Below, piece by piece: positions 1 to 8,769 of a stretch of DNA of 45,442 bases. The DNA is taken from assembly GCA_964534295.1 (NCBI GenBank), contig CAZHOC010000001.1:1-45442 (forward strand). The letters are read 5' to 3'. Position 1 is the first letter of the stretch. The number at the start of each line of letters is the position of its first letter. A program made the position numbers and the translations under genes. The DNA comes from an uncultured Bacteroidia bacterium. Lineage in GTDB: Bacteria; Bacteroidota; Bacteroidia; J057. A model generated the notes under the pieces. That model did not search any database, was not told where the DNA came from, and saw only the letters and a list, made by a program, of their open reading frames with translations.

Positions 1-3000
1 TCGGGTCTGTTGAGCATTAGAAAGAAACGCCTCTAATGCTTCTAGTCTATTTTCCAGCTTTTGTATTTGCTCTAGTTGAGCCTTTAAGGCGGCATTTTCT
101 TGCTCAAGCTTCTCGATCCTTCGTTGCTGCTCTTGAGTGGCACTGACATTCAACATGGAGAGAGCCTCATAATCTACAGTGTGGAAGTCGTCCACTTCGC
201 GGCCATAAACAAAAACGGTTTGGGAGAGATGAGCGTTCCGCGAAGCGAGAGCCAAAACTTGAAAACGGCCAGACTCAACCGCTTTGACTTCGTATATCTC
301 AGCACTTTGCTCGGTGATGAGTTTGACCCGTTCACCTGGTTGAAGATCAGTAGCGAGCATAATCCAGCCATCTTGTACCTCTGCCCGCTGATAGATATCG
401 GGTACGACTTCGGTGAGATTGGAGGTAACAGCTTGGGGATAGACATTGGCGACTTGCTGGGCAATGACTTTCTTGTTAAGAAGCGTTCCGTGGGAAAGGG
501 TGTCCCGCATACTGTAGTCGGTAATTTCAATTTGCATTAAGGTGGTCAAGTCGGTCTCACCATCGGATATGCCTCGGATATTTTTGATTCGAATGTCCGA
601 GTGTGCGTTGAAATGGGAGGCAGCAATGCGATTGCTTGCATAGAGAGAATAGGGAGAAAGTGATGTAGGAAGAAAATTACCAGTGGTACCGTCTGGATTT
701 AAAAATCCAAAGGTGCCCAATTGATGGTCTTGGCTGCCCACAATTTCTACTTTGCCGCGGGTGGGATTAGCGATACCGATGCCGACATTCCCCTCTACGA
801 TTAGGCCATCTGTTGGTCCACTGACGTTTGAGTTTCCTGCGAAATTACTTCCAATAGCTAGCCCACCCTTAACATCCAGTTTATGCTGTGGGGTGGTGGT
901 TCCTATACCGATATTGCCATTATTTTTGATAGTTAATCGATAGGCCAAGGATGTATTGTCATATATACCAAAATGCCCTGCTCCCGGGAGTGCATTGGTA
1001 CCGGTACTAAGGATGGAATAGGTTTTTCCACCTGGATTATCAGATTCAAAGCTAATACCCGCCCCTACATTTCCTGTACTGATCAATTTCAGGGATCCTC
1101 CAAACTGATCGCTCCAAAAGGTACCTCGTATGACCAATCTTTTATCGATGCCAACATTGCCGCTACTGTCAACATGGATCCCCTCATCATCTCCATCCCC
1201 AGATAGATAATGAGACCCTAAAAGGATGTTTTGGGTTGCGGTATGACTGCCAAGATTGTCAGCACTAGAGGGGAGGTTGGTCAAGCCGGAGCCATCGCCC
1301 ACAAAGGCTGTGGCAGAAATTGTATTGCCATTGGTAAGATTAAAGTTTGCAAGGTCCAGGTTTTGCGTGGCAGTATGGTTGCCGAGATTGTCAGCACTGG
1401 AGGGGAGGTTGGTCAAGCCAGAACCATCGCCCACAAAGGCTGCGGCAGAAATTGTATTGCCATTGGTTAGGTGGAAGTTGGCTAAGTCCAAATTTTGCGT
1501 GGCGGTATGGTTTCCGAGGTTGTCATTCTCTGGAGCCTGCCAACTCGCAACTCCATCCGCATCTGAGGTCAGGACATAGCCTGCTGTTTGATTATTGTCT
1601 TGGTATCGAAGTTGGCCAGCTATATGGAGTGAAGACTCAGGGTTGGTGGTGCCTATACCGACATTTCCATTGTCTTTTATGATCAAACGAAACGCTTGGG
1701 ATGTATTGTCATATATACCAAGATGCCCTGCTCCCGGACCAGCATTGCTACCTGTACTAAGGAGAGAGTAGGCTTTCCCATTAGGATTATCAGATTGGAG
1801 AGTAATTCCCGCACCTACGTTGCCGGAATTGATCAACTTAAGGTCTCCCCCAAAAGTATTATTCCAATAGGAACCTGATATGATTAATCTTCTATTGATA
1901 CCTACATTGCCATTATTGTCGATTTGCAAACCTTTATTACTCCCATCCCTGGAAAGGAAATGAGCGCCCAAAGATATATTCTGCGTAGCGCTGTGATTGC
2001 CAAGATTATCAGAGACAGAAGGCAAGTTGGTCAGGCCAGAACCATCTCCAACAAAGGCTGGCGCGGAAACCGTCCCTGCTTTTTTCCGTATTGCCCAACG
2101 CAACGCAAAGTCGAGCACTGAAAAATTCCCTTCTCCCCCAGCATAAGGATTATTACCGCTTGAAATCCAACCTGCTTCATTCCCCCCTCCATAGCTTTGA
2201 AGTCCCCAAATAGCAATCGTATATTTTGATCCTTGCATTAAGGTTACAGAGCTATTGTCAAAAAGGGGGATCCAGCTCTCTATATCCTGGCCATTTGTAC
2301 TCATGAGCTGGGTATTCCCACTCTTCAACACCTTACCCCCTGTTCCTTCTCCTTCGTACAAATTATAGGTAAGGGTCAAAGGTATATTGCTATCTAAATT
2401 TAAATATGGTACAATAGAATCTAAAACTCCGGTGTTTAAGGCAGTAAACGACTGCCAAAGACTAGTATTATTAACACTTATAGTGTAAGCCGTATTGATC
2501 GAATGTGTTTGATAAATAAAGATGCTGTCTTCAGTTGTGACATACTCATCAAACACCCCTTTAGTAAAAGATTTCCATTCATCTCCGTCATAGCCCTCGA
2601 AATCCAAGCCAGTATATCGGACTGCTCCTTCATTAACAGAATCGGTGTTTCCTAATCTAATCGCGCCCTTCACTTCTAGTTGTTCCACTGGAGAGTTGGT
2701 CCCAAGGCCGATTCTGCCAATCGAGTCGATAAACAAGCCTTCATTCTCGCCATCCTGACTCAACCAATAGCCATTTAACTGGAGGTTTTCTAGGGCTCGG
2801 TGATCACCGAGATTATCTCCTGCTTCCAACCATTTTGAGTCATAATACCAAAAACTCTGGGTTGTGCTGTCGTAGACCATCAAGCCTTGAGCGGGATTGG
2901 GTATGGCCTTACGACTAGTGCTATCCATACGAGGCATGAGGAAACCTTTGTTTGTGCTTTCGATCTCTAGCATAGCGCTAGGATCGGGATTGTTTCCGGT

Positions 3001-3084
3001 GGTATTGATGCTGACACCTTCGGTTTGGGCCAGCGCTGTAAACAAGTAGCTGATACTAAATAGGAATACAAATAATCGTTTCAT
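1..3084 (-). CDS. Tail-fiber-like secreted protein with a C-terminal peptidase S74 (intramolecular chaperone) domain and coiled-coil tail. The 3' end is cut by the window edge.
   Basis: ATG at 3084-3082. I checked the minus frame by hand from position 1 to about 1320 and found no stops. The ORF is missing from the track because it has no stop in the window. The N-terminus MKRLFVFLFSISYLFTALAQ is a signal peptide, followed by NTTGNNPDPSAMLEIESTNKGFLMPRM, which is typical of Bacteroidota tail-fiber-domain proteins. The C-terminal part has HSDIRIKNIRGISD (the SDxRxK motif of S74 chaperone domains), then QEQQRRIEKLEQENAALKAQLEQIQKLENRLEALE. Confidence 0.8.
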   Translation of the reverse strand, partial: MKRLFVFLFSISYLFTALAQTEGVSINTTGNNPDPSAMLEIESTNKGFLMPRMDSTSRKAIPNPAQGLMVYDSTTQSFWYYDSKWLEAGDNLGDHRALENLQLNGYWLSQDGENEGLFIDSIGRIGLGTNSPVEQLEVKGAIRLGNTDSVNEGAVRYTGLDFEGYDGDEWKSFTKGVFDEYVTTEDSIFIYQTHSINTAYTISVNNTSLWQSFTALNTGVLDSIVPYLNLDSNIPLTLTYNLYEGEGTGGKVLKSGNTQLMSTNGQDIESWIPLFDNSSVTLMQGSKYTIAIWGLQSYGGGNEAGWISSGNNPYAGGEGNFSVLDFALRWAIRKKAGTVSAPAFVGDGSGLTNLPSVSDNLGNHSATQNISLGAHFLSRDGSNKGLQIDNNGNVGINRRLIISGSYWNNTFGGDLKLINSGNVGAGITLQSDNPNGKAYSLLSTGSNAGPGAGHLGIYDNTSQAFRLIIKDNGNVGIGTTNPESSLHIAGQLRYQDNNQTAGYVLTSDADGVASWQAPENDNLGNHTATQNLDLANFHLTNGNTISAAAFVGDGSGLTNLPSSADNLGNHTATQNLDLANFNLTNGNTISATAFVGDGSGLTNLPSSADNLGSHTATQNILLGSHYLSGDGDDEGIHVDSSGNVGIDKRLVIRGTFWSDQFGGSLKLISTGNVGAGISFESDNPGGKTYSILSTGTNALPGAGHFGIYDNTSLAYRLTIKNNGNIGIGTTTPQHKLDVKGGLAIGSNFAGNSNVSGPTDGLIVEGNVGIGIANPTRGKVEIVGSQDHQLGTFGFLNPDGTTGNFLPTSLSPYSLYASNRIAASHFNAHSDIRIKNIRGISDGETDLTTLMQIEITDYSMRDTLSHGTLLNKKVIAQQVANVYPQAVTSNLTEVVPDIYQRAEVQDGWIMLATDLQPGERVKLITEQSAEIYEVKAVESGRFQVLALASRNAHLSQTVFVYGREVDDFHTVDYEALSMLNVSATQEQQRRIEKLEQENAALKAQLEQIQKLENRLEALEAFLSNAQQTR
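891..2075 (-). repeat. Internal duplication within the tail-fiber-like gene, with a period of about 750 bp (891-1640 against 1641-about 2075)
   Basis: By eye, gggtggtggttcctataccgatattgcc...tgtattgtcatatataccaaaatgccctgctcccgg at 891 aligns with ggttggtggtgcctataccgacatttcc...tgtattgtcatatataccaagatgccctgctcccgg at 1641. The alignment continues through ...gccaagattgtcagcac (about 1250) against ...gccaagattatcagagac (about 2000). Confidence 0.7.
1241..1504 (-). repeat. Two in-frame tandem copies of a 132-bp (44-aa) unit, with a partial third copy starting at 1505
   Basis: Units start at gtatgactgcc (1241), gtatggttgcc (1373) and gtatggtttcc (1505). The units are nearly identical. On the minus strand each encodes roughly NLGNHTATQNLDLANF.LTNGNTISA.AFVGDGSGLTNLPSSAD. 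Confidence 0.85.
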
Positions 3085-3207
3085 CTTTTGGAGTTTTAAT
3101 CGTTACTCCAAAGCTCTTCATCCAGCGTTGGCTTGGATTGGAGTTTTTTGAAAGATGATTGGACTATTGTTTCAAACGGTCATTATGGCCTCAGAAGGCC
3201 GATTTTT

Positions 3208-6200
3208 CTATTTTTGTATTTGCGCGTCTCTCCATTCACCTGGAGATTGCTCGTAGACTTCGCTAAATACTCGATTGAAGTAGGCGGGATCATTGAAGCC
3301 TATGCTGTAGGCCACTTCTGCAACTTGCAGCTCTTCATCCATCAGCAAGATTTTGGCTTGCTCTAATCTGATTGAGCGGATGAAGTAAGTTGTGGTCTTC
3401 CCCGTCAGGGCCTTGATTTTGCGGTGGAGATTGGTGCGGCTGATACCCAGCTCATCGCATAAAGCATTGCCTCGATAATTGGCATCGTCCAGATTGGCTA
3501 GGATAGCTTCTCTGATTTTTTGAATGAAGGCATCTTCCTGTTTGACTTCGGCTTGGGACGGGGGTAGGGGAGGAAGCGGGGCTCCCGACTGATAGCGTTG
3601 CTGCAAGCGTTGCCGAATTTGGAACAGATTATCTAGACGGATTAGAAGTTCTTCCTGATTGAAGGGCTTGGCCAAATAGGCATCGGCGCCTCTTTTGTAG
3701 CCTTCGAGTCGAGATGCTGCATCTGCCTTGGCTGTGAGCATCAAGATAGGAATGTGGCTGGTTCGTTCATCGAGTTTGAGAGTTTCGCATACTTCATAGC
3801 CATTTTTGCGCGGCATCATCACATCAGTGATAATGAGGTCTGGTACTTGTTCTAACGCCATTTCTATCCCGACCTGCCCATCTGGGGCTGTAGATAATTC
3901 ATATTGATCTTGCAAAAGGGTTGAGAGATAGGCTACGATGTCGGCATTGTCTTCGACTATGAGTAGACGAGGGCGATCTCCTTCCGTTGCACCGCCAAGA
4001 TCAAGTGGTAAGGAAATAGGAGAGGGGACCGGAAGTGGTACTGGTATAGCTTCCTGCATCATCGCCTGTTGCCGAATGGGTAAAGAGACGGTGATGGTTG
4101 TACCTTGACCTAGGATACTCTCGGCTTCAATTTTTCCCTCCATGAGCTGCACTAGTTCTTTGGTAAGAGAAAGGCCTACTCCCGTGCCTTCTCCTTGCCT
4201 CGTATCGGTCCCATCTACCTGATAAAAGCGATCAAAAATGTAGGGAAGCTTATCGGCAGGAATTCCACGACCAGAATCTTTGACTTCCAGAATCAGTTGA
4301 TTTTCTGCCATGCGATAGGTTCGCAACTGAATGTCCCCTCCTTCTGGTGTAAACTTGATCGCATTAGAGAGGAGATTATTAGCGATTTGGCCCAACTTCT
4401 CCGGATCAAAATCCATGATCAAAGGACTTTCCTCTGCCACGTACACCAGCTCAACGTCCCTGTTTTCAGCCATGGATTCAAAAGATGCCACACTCAGTTG
4501 CAAAGCCTGGGTGATGTCGCCCTGAATGAGACTAAGACTTAGGTTGCCGGACTCCAATTTGCGCAAATCTAGGATTTGATTGATTAGGTGGAGAAGCCCC
4601 TGGGCATTGCGATCAATAAGAGCAAGACCCTTTTTCTGCCATTTGTCTGGTTGTTGTTGCAGCTGCTGGGTCATGCCAGTGATGACGGTCAGGGGGGTGC
4701 GAAACTCATGGGATATATTGGTAAAGAACTGTGATTTAAAATTGTCGAGTTCGGTGAGCTTTTGGTTGGCTGCGTTTAGCTCGGAGTTAGCCTGATCGAG
4801 TTTTTGCTTTTCCTCTTCTATGATAGTCTTTTGGCGCGCCGTCAACCGAAAGCGATTGAACAATAGGCCCCCAAAGAGCAGGGTTATGCCCAATCCAGCG
4901 AGAAGGAAATAAGAAATCGTTCTTCGGCGCTTGTTTTCTTCGACTTCGGCCGTAAGAAGGGCGGCACTGGCTATGCTGTCGGCTTGAGCCTGCTGCTTGA
5001 ATTCATAGCGAATAGCTGCTCGTTGATTGGCAACGCTAGAGACACTGTCTCTCATCTGAATATAGAGTTGATGATAGTCAAAAGCTTTGGCTTTTTGGCC
5101 GGTCGCGGCCATGCTTTGCCAAAGGATGTCAGCCGCATTCCGGATTCGGGTGGCTGAGTTGGTCTCTGGTTTCGCTTCCAAAACAGAGCGGGCATATTTT
5201 ATGGCCTCTGGCCATTCTTTCGCTTCCAATGCAAGTCTGGCGAGACTTAAGTGAGCACTTTTAACGGTAGAAAGGCCCCTGACTTCATCGGTGAGGCTCA
5301 GCGCTTTTTGATAGGCAAGTGCGGCAGAATCCCGCTGCCCTTCCTCTTTCAATATGGTTCCTAGGATAAGGTGGGCCTGTGCTTCCTCGGTTGTTAATGC
5401 TAGTTCTTTACTGATTTTTAGACTTTGTTGGGCAGTGGTTCTGGCCTGGCTATAAGCACCCATCTGAATATGGGCCATGGATATATTTCTGAGGGTAGCC
5501 GCCATCTTGAATTTGTCGCCTAACTCCTCAAATAGCTGATAACTCCTCTGAGCAAATTCTAGTTCCAGCGGATAGTCTTCCAGATCTTCATATATCTTGC
5601 TGATACTATGTAGAGTGGTGGCGATTCCCCGCTTATCTCCCAATGCTTCCTTTAGACTGAGGCTCTTTTCATAGTTTTCTATGGCTTTTACGGAATTTCC
5701 AGTCTTGTTATCTACCAGACCGAGATTGCCATAGGCATAGGACATGCCCCGTTTATTTTCAAGTAATTGGCTGTTCTCTAGGCTCCGGAGATGATACCAT
5801 CGGGCACTATCGTATTGAGATTGATAGAAAAAGGTGAGACCAATGGCGGTCTGGGTGTTGGCTGCCTCCGCTAAATCCTGAATCTCCTCAAATAGGCCAA
5901 GGCTCTCCTTGCAGTAAGCTAGGCCCTCTTTGTATTTGTTGCGGGTGACATAAATAAAGGCTAGTTGCCGATACATCATTCCCTGAGCCTTCTTATCTCC
6001 CAATTGTTCGAAGACCGCTATGGCACGCTCAAAGTAAGAATGAGCCTGGTCGAATTTACTAAGGTTGTTAGATACAGTACCAAGGGCTCCCAGAGCGGAA
6101 GCTGTTGCTCGTTGGTCTCCATTTTTTTGGTGGATTATCAATGCTTGCTGAAAATAGAATCTGGCGCTATCCATTTCTCCTAGCGCAAGCAAGGCTGCGC

Positions 6201-6606
6201 CCAGTTCGTAGGATGTTTTCCCGACCGTGGGAGAATGATCAACGGCCCTGCTCAGCCTCAAGCCTTCTCTGAGATATGTAATGCCTTGCTCTACTTTCCC
6301 GCTGACGACATAATAAGTCCCCAATATCTGCTTGGCCTGACTCTCTGCTAATTCGTCATCTGCGGCTTGGGCCAATTTTAGTCCTTCCTCCCCAAAAAAC
6401 CGCATGCTGTCTAATTGGGAGTTTAGATAGTGATTGGCCAGGGTATTCATCGCCAGCAGACGGCTTGTATCGGCTAAGCTTTCGTTTGATATTACTTCCC
6501 GCAAAGAGTCCAGATGTATCTGGGCAGGGAGAAGGATGACGGAAAAAAAGTATAGGACAGTGAAAACGAAGCGTCCTTTCATTTGCTTGGGAAGTTGGAT
6601 AGTCAA
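3208..6606 (-). CDS. Hybrid two-component system protein: TPR-repeat sensor, TM helix, HisKA, HATPase, receiver domain and AraC-type HTH
   Basis: 1132 aa. It has a long run of TPR-like repeats and a TM segment (ISYFLLAGLGITLLFGGLLF). The H-box is FFTNISHEFRTPLTVI. The ATPase boxes are NLLSNAIKFTPEGG, DSGRGI and GTGVGLSL. The receiver reads LLIVEDNADIV...ITDVMMPRKNGYE...LTAKA. The C-terminal AraC HTH reads AYFNRVFSEVYEQSPGEWR. Confidence 0.92.
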   Translation of the reverse strand: MTIQLPKQMKGRFVFTVLYFFSVILLPAQIHLDSLREVISNESLADTSRLLAMNTLANHYLNSQLDSMRFFGEEGLKLAQAADDELAESQAKQILGTYYVVSGKVEQGITYLREGLRLSRAVDHSPTVGKTSYELGAALLALGEMDSARFYFQQALIIHQKNGDQRATASALGALGTVSNNLSKFDQAHSYFERAIAVFEQLGDKKAQGMMYRQLAFIYVTRNKYKEGLAYCKESLGLFEEIQDLAEAANTQTAIGLTFFYQSQYDSARWYHLRSLENSQLLENKRGMSYAYGNLGLVDNKTGNSVKAIENYEKSLSLKEALGDKRGIATTLHSISKIYEDLEDYPLELEFAQRSYQLFEELGDKFKMAATLRNISMAHIQMGAYSQARTTAQQSLKISKELALTTEEAQAHLILGTILKEEGQRDSAALAYQKALSLTDEVRGLSTVKSAHLSLARLALEAKEWPEAIKYARSVLEAKPETNSATRIRNAADILWQSMAATGQKAKAFDYHQLYIQMRDSVSSVANQRAAIRYEFKQQAQADSIASAALLTAEVEENKRRRTISYFLLAGLGITLLFGGLLFNRFRLTARQKTIIEEEKQKLDQANSELNAANQKLTELDNFKSQFFTNISHEFRTPLTVITGMTQQLQQQPDKWQKKGLALIDRNAQGLLHLINQILDLRKLESGNLSLSLIQGDITQALQLSVASFESMAENRDVELVYVAEESPLIMDFDPEKLGQIANNLLSNAIKFTPEGGDIQLRTYRMAENQLILEVKDSGRGIPADKLPYIFDRFYQVDGTDTRQGEGTGVGLSLTKELVQLMEGKIEAESILGQGTTITVSLPIRQQAMMQEAIPVPLPVPSPISLPLDLGGATEGDRPRLLIVEDNADIVAYLSTLLQDQYELSTAPDGQVGIEMALEQVPDLIITDVMMPRKNGYEVCETLKLDERTSHIPILMLTAKADAASRLEGYKRGADAYLAKPFNQEELLIRLDNLFQIRQRLQQRYQSGAPLPPLPPSQAEVKQEDAFIQKIREAILANLDDANYRGNALCDELGISRTNLHRKIKALTGKTTTYFIRSIRLEQAKILLMDEELQVAEVAYSIGFNDPAYFNRVFSEVYEQSPGEWRDAQIQK

Positions 6607-6750
6607 GAATAGGACCTTTTTGAGCGAAAAAATAGTTTTTAAATAAGATACTCATTTCCAAGCCTAAGACAAGCAAGCCTTGCCTTCGATAAAAAAATCC
6701 TTCTTCCTAGCAGGAAGAAGGATTGATGAAATTTCACTAATGATTAAGAC

Positions 6751-7559
6751 TTATTTTCGGCTTGTGGTTTCTTTAGAAGGAAAAGAAACCGCTGCTTCTA
6801 GGGCTTGTAAACGGGTCTCCAAAAGCAGGAGTTGTTCAACTTTTAGCTGCAAATCAGCTTTTTCTCGTTCTAATGCCTCAATCCTTCTTTGCTGCTCTTG
6901 AGTAGCACTTACATTGAGCATAGAGAGAGCCTCATAATCTACAGTGTGGAAGTCGTCCACTTCACGACCGTAGACAAAAACGGTTTGGGAGAGATGAGCG
7001 TTCCGCGAAGCGAGAGCCAAAACCTGAAAACGGCCAGACTCAACCGCTTTGACTTCGTATATCTCTGCACTTTCCTCGGTGATGAGTTTGACCCGTTCAC
7101 CTGGTTGAAGATCAGTAGCTAGCATAATCCAGCCATCTTGTAACTCTGCCCGCTGATAGATATCGGGTATGACTTCGGTGAGGTCATTATTTACCGCCTG
7201 AGGGTAAATTGTGGCGACTTGCTGGGCGATGACTTTTTTGATAGGACGTCGACCGTGGGTGATGCTATCGCGGAGATGGTAGTCGGTTACTTCAATCTGC
7301 ATCAAAGTAGTCAGATCAGTTTTACTATCGGAAATCCCTTGGATGTTTTTGATACGCTGGTCAGAATGGGCGTTAAATTCGGAGCCAGCGATAGCATGAG
7401 TGGTATAAATGGAATATGCTTGGGCAGTGGAAACGTTATAAAAGCCTCCTGCCCCGGCAATATTGACAAAGCCATAGGGGCTAATGAGAGTATTTTCAAA
7501 ACCTGAGATTTCGAGTTTGGCGCGAGTGGGGTTGGTGATGCCAATTCCTACATTTCCAG
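6751..7559 (-). pseudogene. N-terminally truncated paralog of the tail-fiber-like gene: the C-terminal ~268 codons, including the S74 domain and coiled coil
   Basis: It is nearly identical to 1-790 in the same orientation. For example, the 50-nt run acaaaaacggtttgggagagatgagcgttccgcgaagcgagagccaaaac is exact at 209-258 and 6974-7023. The frame is open from 7689 down to 6751, but there is no ATG, GTG or TTG upstream of 7305. It encodes AGNVGIGITNPTRAKLEISG...HSDQRIKNIQGISDSKTDLTTLMQIEVTDY. The signal peptide and about 760 N-terminal codons of the full-length gene are absent. Confidence 0.75.
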
Positions 7560-7776
7560 CTTTTCTACCTGCTGTACTTGAGAGTTTAATGTCGCGTTTT
7601 CGACTTTGAGCGCTTCTATCTCCGCTTGGAGGGTTTCTATTATTTGCTGCTACTCTTGAGTGGCACTGACATTGAGCATGGACAGAGCTTCATAGTCAAC
7701 GGTGTGGAAGTCGTTTACTTCGCGACCGTAGACAAAAACGGTTTTTGAGAGATGAGCGTTCCGCGAAGCGAGAGCC
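7556..7776 (-). pseudogene. Second, shorter tail-fiber C-terminal remnant (about 70 codons) with an in-frame TAG
   Basis: The minus strand reads ...ALASRNAHLSKTVFVYGREVNDFHTVDYEALSMLNVSATQE*QQIIETLQAEIEALKVENATLNSQVQQVEKLE. Here caagagtagcagcaa replaces the caagagcagcaacga of the intact copy. Homology stops abruptly at 7776, after gcgttccgcgaagcgagagcc. Confidence 0.7.
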
Positions 7777-7968
7777 CTGACTGGGATTGGAATGAACATC
7801 TGGCCTTCTCTCATTACTAATCTGATGAATGAGGTAAGAAGCCCTACGCAATCGCTCTTTACCTCTGCCTTGATAATCAGTCAATGGCTGTGTCCTAATC
7901 TCATTGCCACAGCCACCCACTACCCAGTTGTTAATAAAGATCAGGTATAACTTCCGGGTGTAGGACAT
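7777..7968 (-). pseudogene. Orphan 64-codon N-terminal fragment, possibly a decayed IS200/RAYT-like (Y1/HUH) transposase
   Basis: The track ORF 7696..7968 begins MSYTRKLYLIFINNWVVGGCGNEIRTQPL...ERRPDVHS and then reads straight into the tail-fiber remnant. The resemblance to Bacteroidota IS200-like N-termini (MSY.R...W...G...R.P.L ... HVH) is weak and comes from memory only. Confidence 0.3.
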
Positions 7969-8102
7969 AATTCTCTTTTCAGCTGGAAAGATAGAAGGGG
8001 GTAAGAAAAGTCATTCCTTCTGCTGACAAGGTCATTGTTAAATCTGAGAGCTTCTATTTAATTCGAGAGTCGCCTTCATTCACCATCTACTTTCGAATCG
8101 GT

Positions 8103-8762
8103 ATGAAATTGTTTTGGAGAAAAATCATCATGGCCCTCACTGGCCTATTTCTCTGTTTATTTCTCATCGTTCATCTCTCCGCCAACTGCATTTTGTTGCT
8201 GCCTGAAGAAATGGCCAGAGGCATGTACAATGCCTACTCAACGGTCCTGAGAGAAAGCCCCCTTATCAAATTGGTCGCTTACATTTTGTATTTGTCGATC
8301 ATCCTGCATGCGGTTTATGCGCTGATTATCACCCTGCAAAATCGGCGAGCCAAAGCAGGTAAATATGCCATAAACCATTTCCGAGAAAATAGTACTTGGA
8401 CTTCTCAGAACATGGGCTGGCTTGGAGGGGTAATTTTGATATTCATCCTCATCCATCTGGCCAATTTCTGGGCCAGAGTCAAATTGGGTATCGGGGCGGA
8501 AGTAGGGATGGATACCCAGGGGTATTTGGATGTATATGAGGTAAGCTACAGCTTGTTTCAAAACATTTGGTACGTTCTGTTTTACACTCTTTTGATGATT
8601 CCGTTGGGCCTTCATCTTTACCATGGTCTTGCCAGCGGATTCAAGACACTGGGTTTTTACCATCGCAAAGGCTCCAGGATATTGGCCAAGGTTTCATTGG
8701 TCTACGCCATTCTCATCTCTGTTGGATTTGGCATCATTCCCCTAATTGTTTACCTGAAATAA
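8103..8762 (+). CDS. sdhC: Succinate dehydrogenase/fumarate reductase cytochrome b subunit (b558 family)
   Basis: 219 aa with several TM helices and conserved His residues. It lies immediately upstream of the flavoprotein and Fe-S subunits. Confidence 0.88.
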   Translation: MKLFWRKIIMALTGLFLCLFLIVHLSANCILLLPEEMARGMYNAYSTVLRESPLIKLVAYILYLSIILHAVYALIITLQNRRAKAGKYAINHFRENSTWTSQNMGWLGGVILIFILIHLANFWARVKLGIGAEVGMDTQGYLDVYEVSYSLFQNIWYVLFYTLLMIPLGLHLYHGLASGFKTLGFYHRKGSRILAKVSLVYAILISVGFGIIPLIVYLK

Positions 8763-8769
8763 GCGAAGC

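Noticed and set aside
100-2216. The track lists many short ORFs on both strands (100..540 +, 174..530 -, 752..943 +, 1231..1682 +, and others).
   Set aside because: They all lie inside the long open minus-strand frame of the tail-fiber-like gene (1..3084). Several exist only because the 132-bp and 750-bp internal repeats reproduce the same off-frame ORF. They are shadow ORFs.
1-7968. The tail-fiber annotation could indicate a prophage or a contractile-injection locus.
   Set aside because: There are no capsid, baseplate, sheath, terminase or integrase genes nearby. The protein has a Sec signal peptide and matches the stand-alone Bacteroidota tail-fiber-domain surface proteins.
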